From positions 79,424,001 to 79,488,000 of the forward strand of contig NC_058368.1 in the NCBI RefSeq assembly GCF_018350175.1: DNA of 64,000 nucleotides, given 5' to 3'. Of this stretch, positions 12,877 to 25,588 are shown in pieces. The position numbers were made by a program, and so were the translations under genes. The notes beneath the pieces are model-generated. The model was not told the origin of the DNA. It saw nothing but the letters and a program-made list of their open reading frames with translations, and searched no databases. Within the stretch, counting starts at the first letter, position 1. Each line of letters starts with the position of its first letter. The DNA is from Felis catus (lineage: Eukaryota).

Positions 12877-13370
12877 TGTGGGGTTGACCACCATCATCCT
12901 GAGTCCTGTGCCTAATGAAGTATTCTATTATGGCTGCTCCTGAGATTTAAGATGACCTGAAACAGGTTAAGAGGAGAAGCACACACGGGTTTGTATAAGG
13001 ACATGTACACGGGAGGCCCTACAGGAAAATGAAGACCCAAAGAAGTGGCAAAGCCGTAGGGTAGGTTGAACAAAGGCAACTGAGGGACGGTGACTAAAAA
13101 CTAAGGGGGGGCCAAAGGAAGTGGTTATCGTAACAAGGTCTGTTTGTAGGGATTTCTGTCCACCTCAACTCTCATCCCTGGTGTTGAGAATGTTTCTTTC
13201 TTCCCAGTTCAGGGAGGGCACATTTCACAGAGGGGGTTAGCTCTTGCTTTAGGGAGAAAGGGGAGGGGTAAGCATCCTTCCTGCACCTGCTGTTTTCAAC
13301 TGCCTTGTGCTCAAAATAACCCTTACGCCAAAGCGTCATGTTTTCAGGTGACACGTTCTGCCGCCCCTCA
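12877..13370 (-). mobile_element. ERV1 solo LTR (MER34/MER39-like)
   Basis: Ends cttcctgcacctgctgttttcaactgccttgtgctcaaaataa...cccctca (TG start on minus strand), resembling MER34-group LTRs; left boundary uncertain. Confidence 0.6.
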
Positions 13371-13374
13371 TTCA

Positions 13375-13500
13375 TTTATGCAGATGATGGCTATATGCCC
13401 CTCGTAAGGTTGCTTTAGAGAAATCAATGAAGTGTGTGCGTGTCTGTGTCTTAGAACAGGTCCTGGCATTTAATAAGTGCTACACAAGTATTAATTACTA
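13375..13500 (+). mobile_element. MIR fragment
   Basis: cctcgtaaggttgctttagagaaatcaatga...ttagaacaggtcctggcatttaataagtgct. Confidence 0.6.
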
Positions 13501-13666
13501 CTTTTAGTTTAAGGAAATGATCTGAATAGGTAAAGTTCCACCAAATTTTAGTCCAACCTGCCTTCCTGATGTTCTTTGTAAAAAGTGTGAAAATTCAAAC
13601 ATGTTTACTTTGCGCACAAATGACTTTGACTTCGGTTGAACATCCAGTTTGTAAAAATAAATTATT

Positions 13667-13885
13667 GGGGCACCTGGGTGCCTCAGTAGGTTAAACGTAC
13701 AATTCTTGGTTGTGGCGGCTCAGGTCACTATCTCACTTGTCTCTTGAGTTCCTGCCCCCATCGGGCTGCATGCCCACAGCGGGGAGCCTGCTTAGGATTC
13801 TCTCTCCCTCTCTCGCTGCCCCTTCCCCGCTCATGCTGTCTTTCTCAAAATAAATAAATACACTTACAACAAAGTAAAAATAAAT
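13667..13885 (+). mobile_element. Older Can-SINE
   Basis: ggggcacctgggtgcctcag head, A tail, TSD aaaaataaa(t/c)tatt. Confidence 0.9.
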
Positions 13886-13939
13886 AAAAATAAACTATTA
13901 ATTTAGTTAGTAATCAAAGTCCAAACAAATCCTTAATCA

Positions 13940-15370
13940 TGACGTCAAATCATTCTTTCATTCTTCCCAGCTACAGACATTACAGGACCAGAGACAAGAG
14001 GGTTTTTTCGGGAGAGTCCACATGTGACCTGTTTATATGTGATTAAATTATCTGTTATCCCAGTATTTTTCTTAGGCTGTTGAAATTATAAGCTTCTTGA
14101 CCATTTGCCTCATTTAATAGTGACATCCACATCCCAGAGACTCTCAATAAACATTAATTGAATGAGTAATTGAAAACAAACCCTTAAATCTAAGCCTCTG
14201 CTAAGTTTTAACTTTTGCGATCACTTACCATTCACAAAGGACAAAATCTAGTCAGCGCTGAGTCACTTTTTATCTTAAATTCTACTCTATTCTGGGTTTC
14301 AATCACACACATGACAGGTTTGATGCGATTTATGTAGTTAGCTTTCCACTAAACCTAGAGAAACTGAGCAACTCCCTAAGTTTCCCTTTTTAAGAATCTC
14401 TAGTTACGTCTGTTCGTTTAGCCTGGTTGTATTTCAATCGTGTATCCTTGGCGCTGCCTACGTCAGGTGACTGGTCAACATGACCTTGGAAGAGGGCACT
14501 CCGCGCTGGGGAGATTCGGCTCCCTGCAAACACCAGAGATGCCTCGCAAGCAGCAGGTGAAATAGTGGTGCCTCCGTACTTCTCAACTTCAAGCCACCAA
14601 CGTGTCACGTCACACTCTGCAGCAAGAAACTTAAAGTGTGAACCTACAGAGGAGTGGCCGGTTCAGAGACATACAATCGGCACCCGCCACCCCGGACTGC
14701 CTCTGTGGTGAAATCCATACCCACCAAACCCCACGTGAGGACCATTTCTCCTGGGTAGAAACTTCTTTTTTTTTTTTTTTTTTTTTTCTCGTCTGGCTTG
14801 TCATCATGATTTTGCCAGCACGGAGAGCTCTATTTACATAAGAGCATATTCACGAGTGGAAGAGTCTTATCGGGAAAAGCATATCCGAAAGTTCCAAAAT
14901 TAATACATCAATAGAGCGCTCCAGCCAATTTTACATACGATCAGACTAATCAAATTTGGCATCACGGAACACTTATCATAGGGGAAAATCTCCAAATGAA
15001 CGCTTTCTGCTTGTTCTCTTTTCACATCGGAGACAATTTAGGTAAAGGCAGCTGGTTGGTTCCACAAATGGAGAGGGGAATGAGATTTTCTTTTGGAGAC
15101 CGAGGGAGAAAAGTGATTTTTTATTTGCATAATTTGAAAAAAAAAAAAAAACCCAACTTGAAGATGGAAATGTTTTTCATGCTCTTACCAGGCCCAAGCC
15201 CAAAATAAGCGATTCTAACTCAACAGTCCAGGGTTGTGGATAAATGACATGTTCCATGGATGGAGCATTCTGGGAAAAAGCTTTATGTATCATCTTGCTA
15301 GGTCCTCAGGCAGCCAGACAGCCCTGCCCCATCTCATCCTGCACACTATTTATGTGTTTCCATTTGCATG
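13940..15370. promoter_or_regulatory. Candidate enhancer cluster including a perfect ERE core
   Basis: CRE TGACGTCA 13940-13947; AP-1 TGAGTCA 14259-14265; GGTCAacaTGACC 14473-14485; octamers ATTTGCAT 15123 and 15362; motif evidence only. Confidence 0.4.
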
Positions 15371-17254
15371 AACCTTCTCTAAGGTTTTGCCCGGTTGATT
15401 TTTCAAGTTAATGACAGGGCACTTGGGGAAAGATTAATGTCAGGAATGCAGAGCTTCCACAGATTGTTGAAGAGTTTCACCATACAATTAATCTCTCTCT
15501 TCCCTACATTACAAAAGTGCGAAGGATGGGTGTGGGGAAGCTGTAATAATGCAGATATCACAGGTCTGTCTGTAAACGCTGGGAGAGTCAGCTATAAAAC
15601 TGATAGCAAGGTGCTTCTCCCCTCTAAGGAGGATTTATAAATCACTCCTGCTCCCTCCACCTCCCTTCTTTGCCAAGCACTCGAGGTGTCTCCACCCTGT
15701 TTCCCATTCTGTTCACAAGGGGACAGTCCCCTAAGCAGGACCGTGGAGGAAGGGGAAGCTGAGATGACATCTCAGGGTGATGCCACACTCCCATCCCCCT
15801 GGCGTCCCTGATCCGCCTTTATTTCCAGCCTTGTCTTCCTTTGACTTAGGACAATTCTCTTTCTACGACCCGGGTGAAACAGATACCTCTTCCCTCCAAA
15901 GCAGTGCTGTGCAGGACGCCAGGGCAATATCCAAAATAGTTAACTGGTGATGCCCAGGAGACCAATGAGAAGGAGGCAGGCCCTGCCGCATCCCTGTTAA
16001 CCCCTTACTTACTGGATCGTGGTTTTCCAGAGACTCTGGGGAAGGAGAGAGAACACGGAGACAGGGCAGTGAGGGACACAAGACACGTGGGGACAGGGCT
16101 TTTCTCAGTGGCAGGAAAGGCTGTCACTGGCTCTCTTGGCCTCATCAGCATCCATTGCCCTCTTCTCTAGCCTCTTAACTGACTCAATCCGGGGCTAGAA
16201 ATTGTTTTCTCACTGAGACTCCTGAACAAGGTGGGGGGCGGTGCTTATCAAGCCACAGAGCCTTTCCATACCCAGCTGTGCAGACTGTCCTTGCTCTCAG
16301 TAGCGTGCTGTGGGCTGTGGGCTGTGGGCTGCCGACCTGTAGGGATTTTTGGAGCCCAAGCATGAACTTTGCATTTTGAAAGAAAAAAAAAATGCGCTCT
16401 TAATTCAGGTATCTAGTGATTTTGGAAGGAAAGTTTAGAATTTAGAAGCTAAGCCACTTTGTTCCAACATTAACAGGAACTGAGGGAGAAGCAAGAGTCT
16501 CTGGAAAATGCAGGTGCCTGACTGGTCTCCCAAGAGAGACACAGACAGTGGCCGCCTGGGTGGGGAGACAAGGGAATCTGGGCTCCCCCCCCCCAGTGCG
16601 GCAATGGGGCCGCCTAGGGCCTGAGAGAAGGAAACGAACAGCGTTCGCTCTGTGAAAATGGGCCCTCTTGCTGATGATAACATATTGGTCTAGTTGACAT
16701 TTGGATAAGCAACCATCAAACACAGTTTTGGACAAGACATCGCATATGAACTAGAAGACTGTCCCCATCACCAGGGGGGAAATAACAGTTGGTGCCACCT
16801 TCCAGATTTTGAACAACTATCTGAATTGAGTTCTTTGATTGCCTTTGTTGCCCTATCTCAGATTTTGGTGAGACCAGTATTTGACTCAAATAAGTAAAAT
16901 GAACAGAATCCTGTTGACTTATGTCTAGGTCGGTATGTTATTGCTGTCGTTTATGACTTCATCTGAGGTAGGGGGGTGGCTCTCAGTGCTGGAACGAAAT
17001 TCCGCTGCAAACCCACCACTTTAGCACCTCGGCGAGCAGTTGAGCACACCCCCCCCCCCATCCCCAACAGGGCTCCTGCCCCAGACCACCCACCTGCACA
17101 CAAGCTGGCAGACAGCCACTGTGGTTGACTTCTCTCATCTGTGTGTGTTTATATCTGTGCCCATGTGCTCAAATCAGAACTGAGGACTTGGGGGATCCCC
17201 AGGAAGACCCTTCATTCCACTGCTACCTTCCCAGTCTATGAAGAAAGAGATTCT

Positions 17255-17466
17255 GGGGCGCCTGGGTGGCTCAGTCAGTTGAGCATCCAACTTCGGCTCA
17301 GGTCATGATCTCACAGTCCGTGAGTTCGAGCCCCGCATCGGGCTCTGTGCTGACGGCTCAGAGCCTGGAACCTGTTTCAGATTCTGTGTCTCCCTCTCTC
17401 TCTGACCCTCCCCCATTCATGCTCTGTCTCTCTCTGTCTCAAAAATAAATAAAAACATTAAAAGAA
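17255..17466 (+). mobile_element. Can-SINE (SINEC_Fc-type)
   Basis: Full element; TSD aagaaagagattct at 17241-17254 and 17467-17480. Confidence 0.95.
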
Positions 17467-18347
17467 AAGAAAGAGATTCTGCAAATGCAAAAGCCTCTTT
17501 ATTCCTGGTCGAAGACAAAGACATACGTGCAAGATGGAGTGACTCCTGGCCCTTTGCCCGTGAAAGTGAAAGAAAGGCTGTGTTTGTGTGACTTTGTGTT
17601 AAGAGGTGACTCATGCATCACCCCACCCTCCGGGTTCAGAGTGTACCCTGGAGGCCATCAACCACACTCCTGTGAAGGAAGACAGGGTCAGACACAGTAT
17701 GGCCTGGCTGTCCTCCTGTCTATGAAAGTATCTGGTAGAGTCAGGGTGGAAGCATCCTCAGTATCTTTGTTTGCTGGGCCAGGCACAAGCAGACATGATG
17801 AGCACAGTCACATGGTAATATGCCCAAGACTCCAAAGTGCCATGTATTATTTTGGTATAACTTGGACGGTGTAGGGCTCTGGGTTGATCATCACAGCAGT
17901 AATCCTGAGAGGCAACAGCATCATCATCTTAGGGACTTGGGACTTAGAGCCCAAAGACATTGAGTGAAGTGCAACCCATCCGCTTGTGAGCCACAGAAGT
18001 CTCCCCCACCCCCACTCACCTGGTCCGGTCCTCCTTTCTGTGGGACCCCGTGACAACATATGGAACAAGAAGTGAGAAGAGGACAGTCAGTTACATAAAT
18101 ATAGCCTTGCACTTCTGGCCTGAAACATTCACTGAATTTAGGGATGCTAAGTTCCTCTTTGCAGCAATACAAAGGAGACGAAGGATGCTCCCGGAAGGAA
18201 AATGGGAGGTCTCCTGCCCATGTCCTGCTGCGCAGCCAGACAGGGGACTAGAGCGGGACACAGCTGCCTGATCCCAACTGTCTTTCTCCCACAAGACTGG
18301 TGTCAAAATACAGAGGCCAAGGGCTGCTAAACCTACAAAGTCATAGA

Positions 18348-19211
18348 CGGTCGATCCTCATTATTCAGAGATTTGTGTGTGCAAATTTATGTGTAACCCC
18401 CAAATCAGTACGAGTGGTGCTTCTGCAGTCATGCACAGACGTGCACAGAGCAAATCTCTGAGTCTCTTGACCCACATGAGTCCAACAAGGCCACACTTTG
18501 CCTTCCTGGTTCATCTCTCATACTGTAAGTGCCTTTTTGCAATCCATCTAGTGCTGTGTTTTATGCCTTTCTATGCTTTTTGTTGGTGATTTCACTGTTT
18601 AAAACGGCTTCCACATGGGGCGCCTGGGTGACTCAGTCAGCTGAGCGTCCAACTTCATCTCAGATCATGACCTCACGGTTCGTGAGTTTGAGCCCCATGT
18701 CAGGTTCTGTGCCAGCAGCTCACAGCCTGGAGCCTGCTTCGGATTCTGTATCTTCCTCTCTCTCTGCCCCTCCCCTGCTTACACTCTGTCTCAATCTCAA
18801 AAATAAATAAAGAATTAAAAAAAATTTTTTTAAGAATTAAAATGGCTCCCACATATGGTGATGAAGTGATGTGCTGTTTCTAACTTCAGGAAGTCTGGGT
18901 TGTGGTTCTCAGATGAGCTTCCTCCAGGCATGGGTTGTAGAGCTGATGGCCATGCATCCAATGTTGATGAGTCAACAGTTGATGAATGAACAGTTGATGG
19001 ACTGTTGATGAATCAACAGATTAAAGAAGTTATCCTTAAACAGAAACACACACAAAGCAAGATTATGACCAGTTGATGAAAATGTGGTCACTAGGAGCTC
19101 ACAGGAACCTAACCCTGTCTTTCCTCTAGGAGCGAGGTGTCAGTGTTTACTAGTTCAGTGTTTGTGGTGATTTCATAGAACATAACCACCAAGAATAATC
19201 AGAATCAATGA
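18348..19211. mobile_element. TcMar-Tigger non-autonomous element (MER82-like), interrupted by a SINE
   Basis: Imperfect TIRs cggtcgatcctcattattc (18348) and gaataatcagaatcaatga (19193); internal caggaacctaaccctgt...cctagg-like segment. Confidence 0.75.
18617..18836 (+). mobile_element. Can-SINE inserted in the Tigger element
   Basis: Full element; TSD aaaa(c/t)ggct(t/c)ccacat. Confidence 0.93.
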
Positions 19212-19760
19212 TTAACAGGGCACCAAGATCTTCAGTGTCTGGTCAGGCCAGGTCGAAGCAAGGCCACATGGCCTGCAAGGTGTGCTAAGGAGCAGCTCTT
19301 CATGGAGGGGGTAGGTGAGGAACTGAAATCTAGGGGAGAGGACCATGTGCATAGGAAACTTCTTGCTCCTCACTTTCTTATCCCCGTGCACTGTAGCTCT
19401 GCTGCCCATAGTTGGTTGCTGTGAGATCCCCCATATCCAATGGTAAAGCCACATGAACTCAAGAAAGCCTGGATGTTTTTCGTTTCTTACAGACACATTT
19501 GTGTAGACTAAAACTACCCAATGTTACCAGTAGACATCTCATAATTAGATGTTCGAATTGAGTCACAGATGAAATGTACACATCTACCAGATCATGGCTG
19601 TTATCATCACCCTAGCACTAGTGAAATGGAAGAGAAATTTAGCAGGTAAAGTTTTAGATCCTGATCAATGACCTAATAGCCTAATAGCCACAGTGTTCCT
19701 ATGTTCTGGAATTTCTAATTATCCTGTATGTATTTAGGACAACTTCTACTTTTCTTTAAA

Positions 19761-19775
19761 ATATATATATATGTA

Positions 19776-19809
<34 letters not shown>

Positions 19810-19834
19810 CATACATATATATATATATATATAT
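19761..19834. repeat. (TA)n microsatellite with interruptions
   Basis: Seen directly in the sequence. Confidence 0.95.
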
Positions 19835-19864
19835 TAAGAGCATTCATTTAAATGTTTTCCTGTT

Positions 19865-20027
19865 GGGGTGCCTTGGTGGCTCAGTTGGTTAAGGGTCTGA
19901 CCTCAGCCGAGGTCATGATCTCACCATTTGTGATTTTGAGCCCTGCATTGGGCCCTGTGCTGACAGCTCAGAGCCTGGAGCCTGTTTCAGATTCTGTGTC
20001 TCCCTCTCTCTCTGCCTTTCCCCCACT

Positions 20028-20071
<44 letters not shown>

Positions 20072-20095
20072 AATAAAATAAACATTAATTTTTTA
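19865..20095 (+). mobile_element. Can-SINE
   Basis: Head, long (CT)n, A tail; TSD taaa(t/c)gttt(t/c)cct(g/a)tt. Confidence 0.93.
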
Positions 20096-20499
20096 TATAA
20101 ATAAACGTTTCCCTATTACCTTCCACTAAAGAAATATTTTCTCCCTTTCATGCTTGACCTTGGCCAAAGAACTGAAATCTTGATAAAGAAATGAGGCAGA
20201 GCATGCTGATTTGGAAATCAGAGGTCATTTGTCATCAGAGCTAATCTACAGCCTCTTGATTAGATGGTTTTATAAGTAATACAAACTTGTTCAGCTTTGC
20301 AAAGCCATTTCCATGTCTTTGCTGTTCGGGATAATCTGTACCCAGTGCTAAAGATCAAAGCAAAGCAGAAAAGATCCGGAAGATCTAAGCTCTGTCTCAT
20401 TTATTTACCTGCTGTGATAAAGAAAGTAAGGACGAGTACAGTGTCTAGAATGGCCACTCTCTGCCGACTGCTTCTATACATCAGTGATAAAGTGTTTGA

Positions 20500-20655
20500 T
20501 GATCTTGCAACATAGATCATGACTGCCATTTTCCACAGAAGGAAACTGAGTATTCACACAAATTAAGAGCAGTCTAAAATCATACAGAGGCAAATCTAGG
20601 ATTAAAGCTCAAATCTATTGAACTTCAAAGTCGTACTATTTTCACTTTACTGTGT
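20500..20655 (-). mobile_element. MIR fragment
   Basis: ccattttccacagaaggaaactgag core ... ctaggattaaagctcaaatct. Confidence 0.6.
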
Positions 20656-22714
20656 TATTCATGAAGGAGAGGGGTTAGGGAAATACATGGAGAATGGTTT
20701 CCATAAACTGTAGTTATAGCAAACAAGGCAACATTTCATATCCTTCATGAGGACTTCCCAATCCCATACAATCTGTGATACCCTGAGGGCAGACACAGAA
20801 CAAAACCAATTGGCCTCCCCATTCTCGGTGGCAGTTAGTTGCTGGGAGTTTTATTGCCAGTGACAGCCATTGTTTTATCCTAAGAGCAGGAGACTCCATA
20901 TGCAAGCCTTGGGCAGCCTCCTAGGTTTGCCTAGACACCGTCAGAGAAGGCATCTGTGCTCAACCCACAGCCCTCCACTCTCTGGAAGAGAGCTTCCATT
21001 TCCGCAGGACTGTCATCCCTGTGGATGGGAAAGGGTGAATCTGGAACATCCAGTTTCACAATCTTTAACTTGTCCTTCGGTGAATCGTAGTAAAGAGGAG
21101 CAAGTCTTACTTGTTTTTGAGAATAAATATGTTATACTTTATACACACTACAAAGCACATGGCTTAAATTATGTGGAAAGTACAGGCTGTGGAGTGCATA
21201 CAGCTGGAAATATTTGGCCCCACAGTAAATGTGGCATATTTGGTCCAAAGCATTTGTATTATAAATATATGAAGTGTTTATGTGACCCACAGGTCACCAT
21301 TAATGCGCCAATAAAACCCAACAGATGGCAGAGTTTTTGGTGCAACCTCACTGGCATCCATACACAAAGTATTTATTCATGGTGTCTCTTTCATCCAGTG
21401 TGTTTGGAACTCTGCTCTGTTCTCAATTCACAAATGGCACATGTGTCTGGTGACCAATGTGTAGATGAGATAAATTACGGGGCATCATTCTACAAGACTA
21501 AAGGCAAATGAGGTCAAATATATATCTGTAAACTCCAGTTATAAACCTCCTCTGGGATTCAAGTCAAATGTTTGACTTGCAAATGCAGTCACCAAATGTA
21601 AAAACAACACGACCAAGGAGCCTTGCTCACTTCTCCTTGCCAATGAACACCAGGTCCTGTGTATGCTCTGCCTTGTCTTCAGAAACTGACACCTTGCGAG
21701 ACCTGAGCCCAGCAGCAAGACGCTGTACTTCCCTCTCACCGATTCTGGCGCCAAAAGGGGGAGAGCTGCCTTGCCGGTGGATGGAGGTAACGTTCCCCAA
21801 TCCCCCAGTTTCTTAGATGTCTTTGCAGAGTCCCCAGGAACCAGACTCTCTTTTATCTTTCAAGAAAATACGTCATACAGCAATTGTGCCAATAGTTTTG
21901 TAGAATTGCTCTGGCTAAAATTTCACCATTAGCCTCTGAATGATATCTCAAAACTGCATTTACTAGTACAACTCAACACTTCTGTTCCTCTCGGACACCT
22001 CTCAGTGTCCACACCATTTGACAGCCACTGCTATGTGCACATCCTGCTTGCCACTTCCCACTCAAGCCAAAAAACATTTCAACCACTTCTTTCCCCCATC
22101 CCTCTCCTCTTATTTTCTTTTCTTAGCCCCAGTAAAACTGCCTGATTATCTGTCAGGGGAGGAGTGGGTGTGCACGGCTCAGAGTGTTCTGCCCCTGGGC
22201 AAGGATAGCAGAGCTGGCCACATGGAGTGTCTGCTTTGGTCAGCAGCTTGACGGTCTTTACAGTCTGGACCGAGAGCTACACATATCCCATGTTCATGGA
22301 TACATTTTGGTGCCGTGATCATGCAAATTACAATATTTGGATGTGTACTCAAATTGTGCAAGGTGGAGAAAGTGTGAAAACAAAAACAAAAACCAAAAAA
22401 AGGTGCGAATTAAGTGAGTATACTGAGAGAAGCTTACTCCCAAGGATTTGGTGTTAGGTGGGCAGATAAGGTGTGGTGGTCACTTACAACTTTACAGATT
22501 TGGGAGGGCTTGAGAGGCCTCAAAGGAACTGACAGGCAAATCTGTCTCTGACAAAACTCAATTTTCAGTTCCAGGGAAAATCTCGTTTGCATCTTTGCAC
22601 CTCAATTCATGCATGTCTTTGTTTTAACTTCTTCAGTTGTGAGATACAATACCATGTTTCTACTTAATGGCATTATAAAATAATCAGCGAAACATGGTAA
22701 ATTTGAATTATCTG

Positions 22715-22955
22715 CATACATCTTGAATCTCCAGTAAGTAATAGAGGAAAGGGAGGTGGAAATCTGAAGGCATCCATAGGATAATAGAACCAGGAGCCAT
22801 AATCAACCAGGTGTTTGTGAGGAGCAAATCATTCTATAGACAACTTGATTGCTTTTTTGATGGAATTACAAGATTTAAAGATGAAAGCAATGTAGTTGAT
22901 GTAATATGTCTAGAATGACAATTAAAATACATTTGATACAGTATTGCACAAAATT
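22715..22955 (+). mobile_element. Ancient CR1/L3 LINE reverse-transcriptase fragment
   Basis: 22853-22915 translates FFDGITRFKDESNVVDVICLE and 22932-22952 FDTVLHK, matching the CR1 RT block TNLISFFD..T..VD.G..VDVIYLDFSKAFDTVPH, with frameshifts and stops. Confidence 0.8.
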
Positions 22956-23899
22956 ACACTTGCAAAATCCGTTTGTGTACATTGGGACCATCACTAGAAC
23001 AGAAACCAGGCAGAACGTGCTAGTGAACGAGTAGGAACAGACAGTACTGTCTTCTCGCTCCATACTTTAAACCCTAACTTACAAAAACAACAACAAAAAT
23101 GACCTTTGAGTCTGAGTTGAATATCTGTTTAAAAATCAACAGTCAAAAGATTGTCACACGTATTGACCTTGTTGAATATCTGGAATTTCAGAAATCGTGC
23201 CAAAAATTGATAGGACTACAGATCATCAACCACAGTTTCTTGAGCAAAAACTAAAAGTTGTGTAAAAGCTCTGATATGAAGAAGCATGGCGTGTGCCCTT
23301 GGAGCTCTAACTGAGGACAGTCTAATTGATGTCTTGGAGGCAGTCGCTAAGAAGTGACTCAAAGTGAAATATAACACACGCTCTGGGGACAAGGGAAGAA
23401 ACGGCCAAGACTTTCAGGGCAGAGAGGGAAGTAAGAGAGAAACTCTAGTGTGAGTGGCTTAGGAAAGGTCCCTGTTGTAGTGAGTGTGTGTCTAGTGAGG
23501 GAACAATGTCTTCCGTGATCAGTCACCTCACTTCATAACGTGCCTATGTGGGTGAAGTCTAACACAAAACTAAACAATACTGGACACACACCAGGAAATA
23601 GAAATCAGAAACCACGAGGCTTCCCAACTACAACGTTCGGTATGAAAGAACACAAAGTGACATTTTCAATTTAGAATTCTAACATCAGTCAAAATATCAA
23701 GTGGGAGGGAAGAGGAATGACCTTTTAAGACATGAGAAGGCCTGGGGACAGAATTCAACGCATACGAGGAAGAAAACGAAGCATGCATTGTCCAGTTAAA
23801 GGGATTAATACACCAGGAAATGCAATCATAACACACTTCCTGGCTTTGCAAAGGATGTATATGTGCAGATGTCAACAGTGGTTCCCGCCTACCCAAACC

Positions 23900-23995
23900 T
23901 GGGGACATAACATCAGTGTGGGGACGAGCCGGACATGGGATACAGTGTCAGTGCGGGGACAAGCCGGATGTGGGGACGCCATGTCAGTGAGGGGC
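23900..23995. repeat. 35-36 bp minisatellite, about 2.5 copies
   Basis: tcagtg(t/c/a)gggg recurs at 23913, 23948 and 23984; first two units continue ac(g/a)agccgga. Confidence 0.75.
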
Positions 23996-24889
23996 TCCTT
24001 GTGGCGTGCATTCATCCTACCAGAAAGAAAATGATCGGGCTTAAAATTGATAAATGATTGTCATGATTACAAACCTATGGAGGAGATAAGAAAAACCCCA
24101 GAGGAAACATATCTATAAGGGCTGGAAGGTTGGCTCTGGGGACTGGACAGACCGGCCAGGAGGGGTGAGGCAGAGAGTTTCTGGGGTTTGTTATACATCT
24201 TTCCTCCTATTTGATTTGGCTTAAATATGCAGGTATTATTTGAGTACAAATAAACATTTAGAACAGACATCGAGGCCTACCTGTGACAGAAAAAATAAAA
24301 AAAACAACAGAGGGAGAAAGAGGAAGAGGGAGAGAGAGACAGACTCACAAGAGAAATACATCACGTGACTAAGGATGAATTTGGGGGAGGGTGTTGTTGA
24401 GAGAAAAGTCTGTCAGACCGTTTCAGCAGTGAGGGCCTAGACACCACACGGGGTTCCTAAGCCGAACATTCCAGATCCAGCCAGAGGGTCTGATAGACAA
24501 AGAAGATGGAAGCAATGCTATTTTCAAATTTTGGATTCTGGACTCCTGGGGAAAAAAAAAACTGTTATCTGTATTTTTTTCTATTTTTTCCCCCAAAATA
24601 ATACCCCTCGTGAGCCACTAGTAAAAACAAAATTAACTATAATCCTAATAGCACATGCGTGGAGTGCCTATAGCACTCCAGCTATTGGGATACGCACGCC
24701 ACGTGCGTCCATCCACTCGGCCACACACAGACCCCTGAGGTGGGTCCCACTGACAGCAAGATGTGGTCACTCGTGCAGTGGAAGATGCTGGTGTCCCACC
24801 CCGGCCGCCTTTACTGCCAGGCGTCACAGCTGGGAATGGCCCAGGTAGGGGTGGGCCCTGCGCCTCAACTGGCCTTGACCAATTGGGAG

Positions 24890-25328
24890 CCACAGGTTAT
24901 TCCTTCCTGCCCCTGCCTCCCAGCGAGGCAGTCTGTAGCCCGCAGCCAGCCACACAGGGGCACACAGGCCAGCTCCGGGCCTCCAGCTGGGACCCACATT
25001 GTACCGCAGTCCATTTTCCAGAAGCCCCCACAGGAGCAGACAACCATTACTCTCGCCAAGAACACAGGCATCGCAAGAGCCCAGCTCTAAAGCGACAGCC
25101 CAAATCCAGCCCAGGCTGTCCAGGGAGAAGCTCTGAGAGCTGAGAGGGAACGGGGCCACCCTGTAGAGAGGGGGCGCTGAGGCAGTCCCAGTCCTGGGCC
25201 CCTTGGCCTTGGGGCCCAGTGGTGTCCTGCCCTCCAAGCAGGTCAACCCCAGGAGGCCATCAACTGCCATTTGACTACATTTGGCCCCATTGAGTTTCTG
25301 CCACTTACAACAAAGAATCCTAAGACAG
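24890..25328 (+). mobile_element. Old MaLR LTR (MLT1-like)
   Basis: 3' end ttgagtttctgccacttacaacaaagaatcctaagaca resembles old MLT1 termini; left boundary uncertain. Confidence 0.45.
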
Positions 25329-25588
25329 CATCCTCAACATAAACAGGGAAGTTCAGGGGTGAATCATTATCTTGTTTTAGAGACAAGATAATTAGCTTGT
25401 TCTTGGATACATTCCTTGGAGATGCCCGAGGAATGAAGAAATTTGTATAACAGCCCTTTGCTAAGACAGAGAGGAATCAATGATATGAAAAATGGATATA
25501 AATCTTGGGCTGGGTACTGATGCTTTTCATTGAAATAAAGTTCTAGGAGGGGGTGTTCCTGGGGGTATTGTTCCGGCAGTGATATGAA

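Noticed and set aside
20870..21511. 213-aa ORF
   Set aside because: Non-ATG start, no recognisable domain, and the 3' part looks like degraded repeat sequence.
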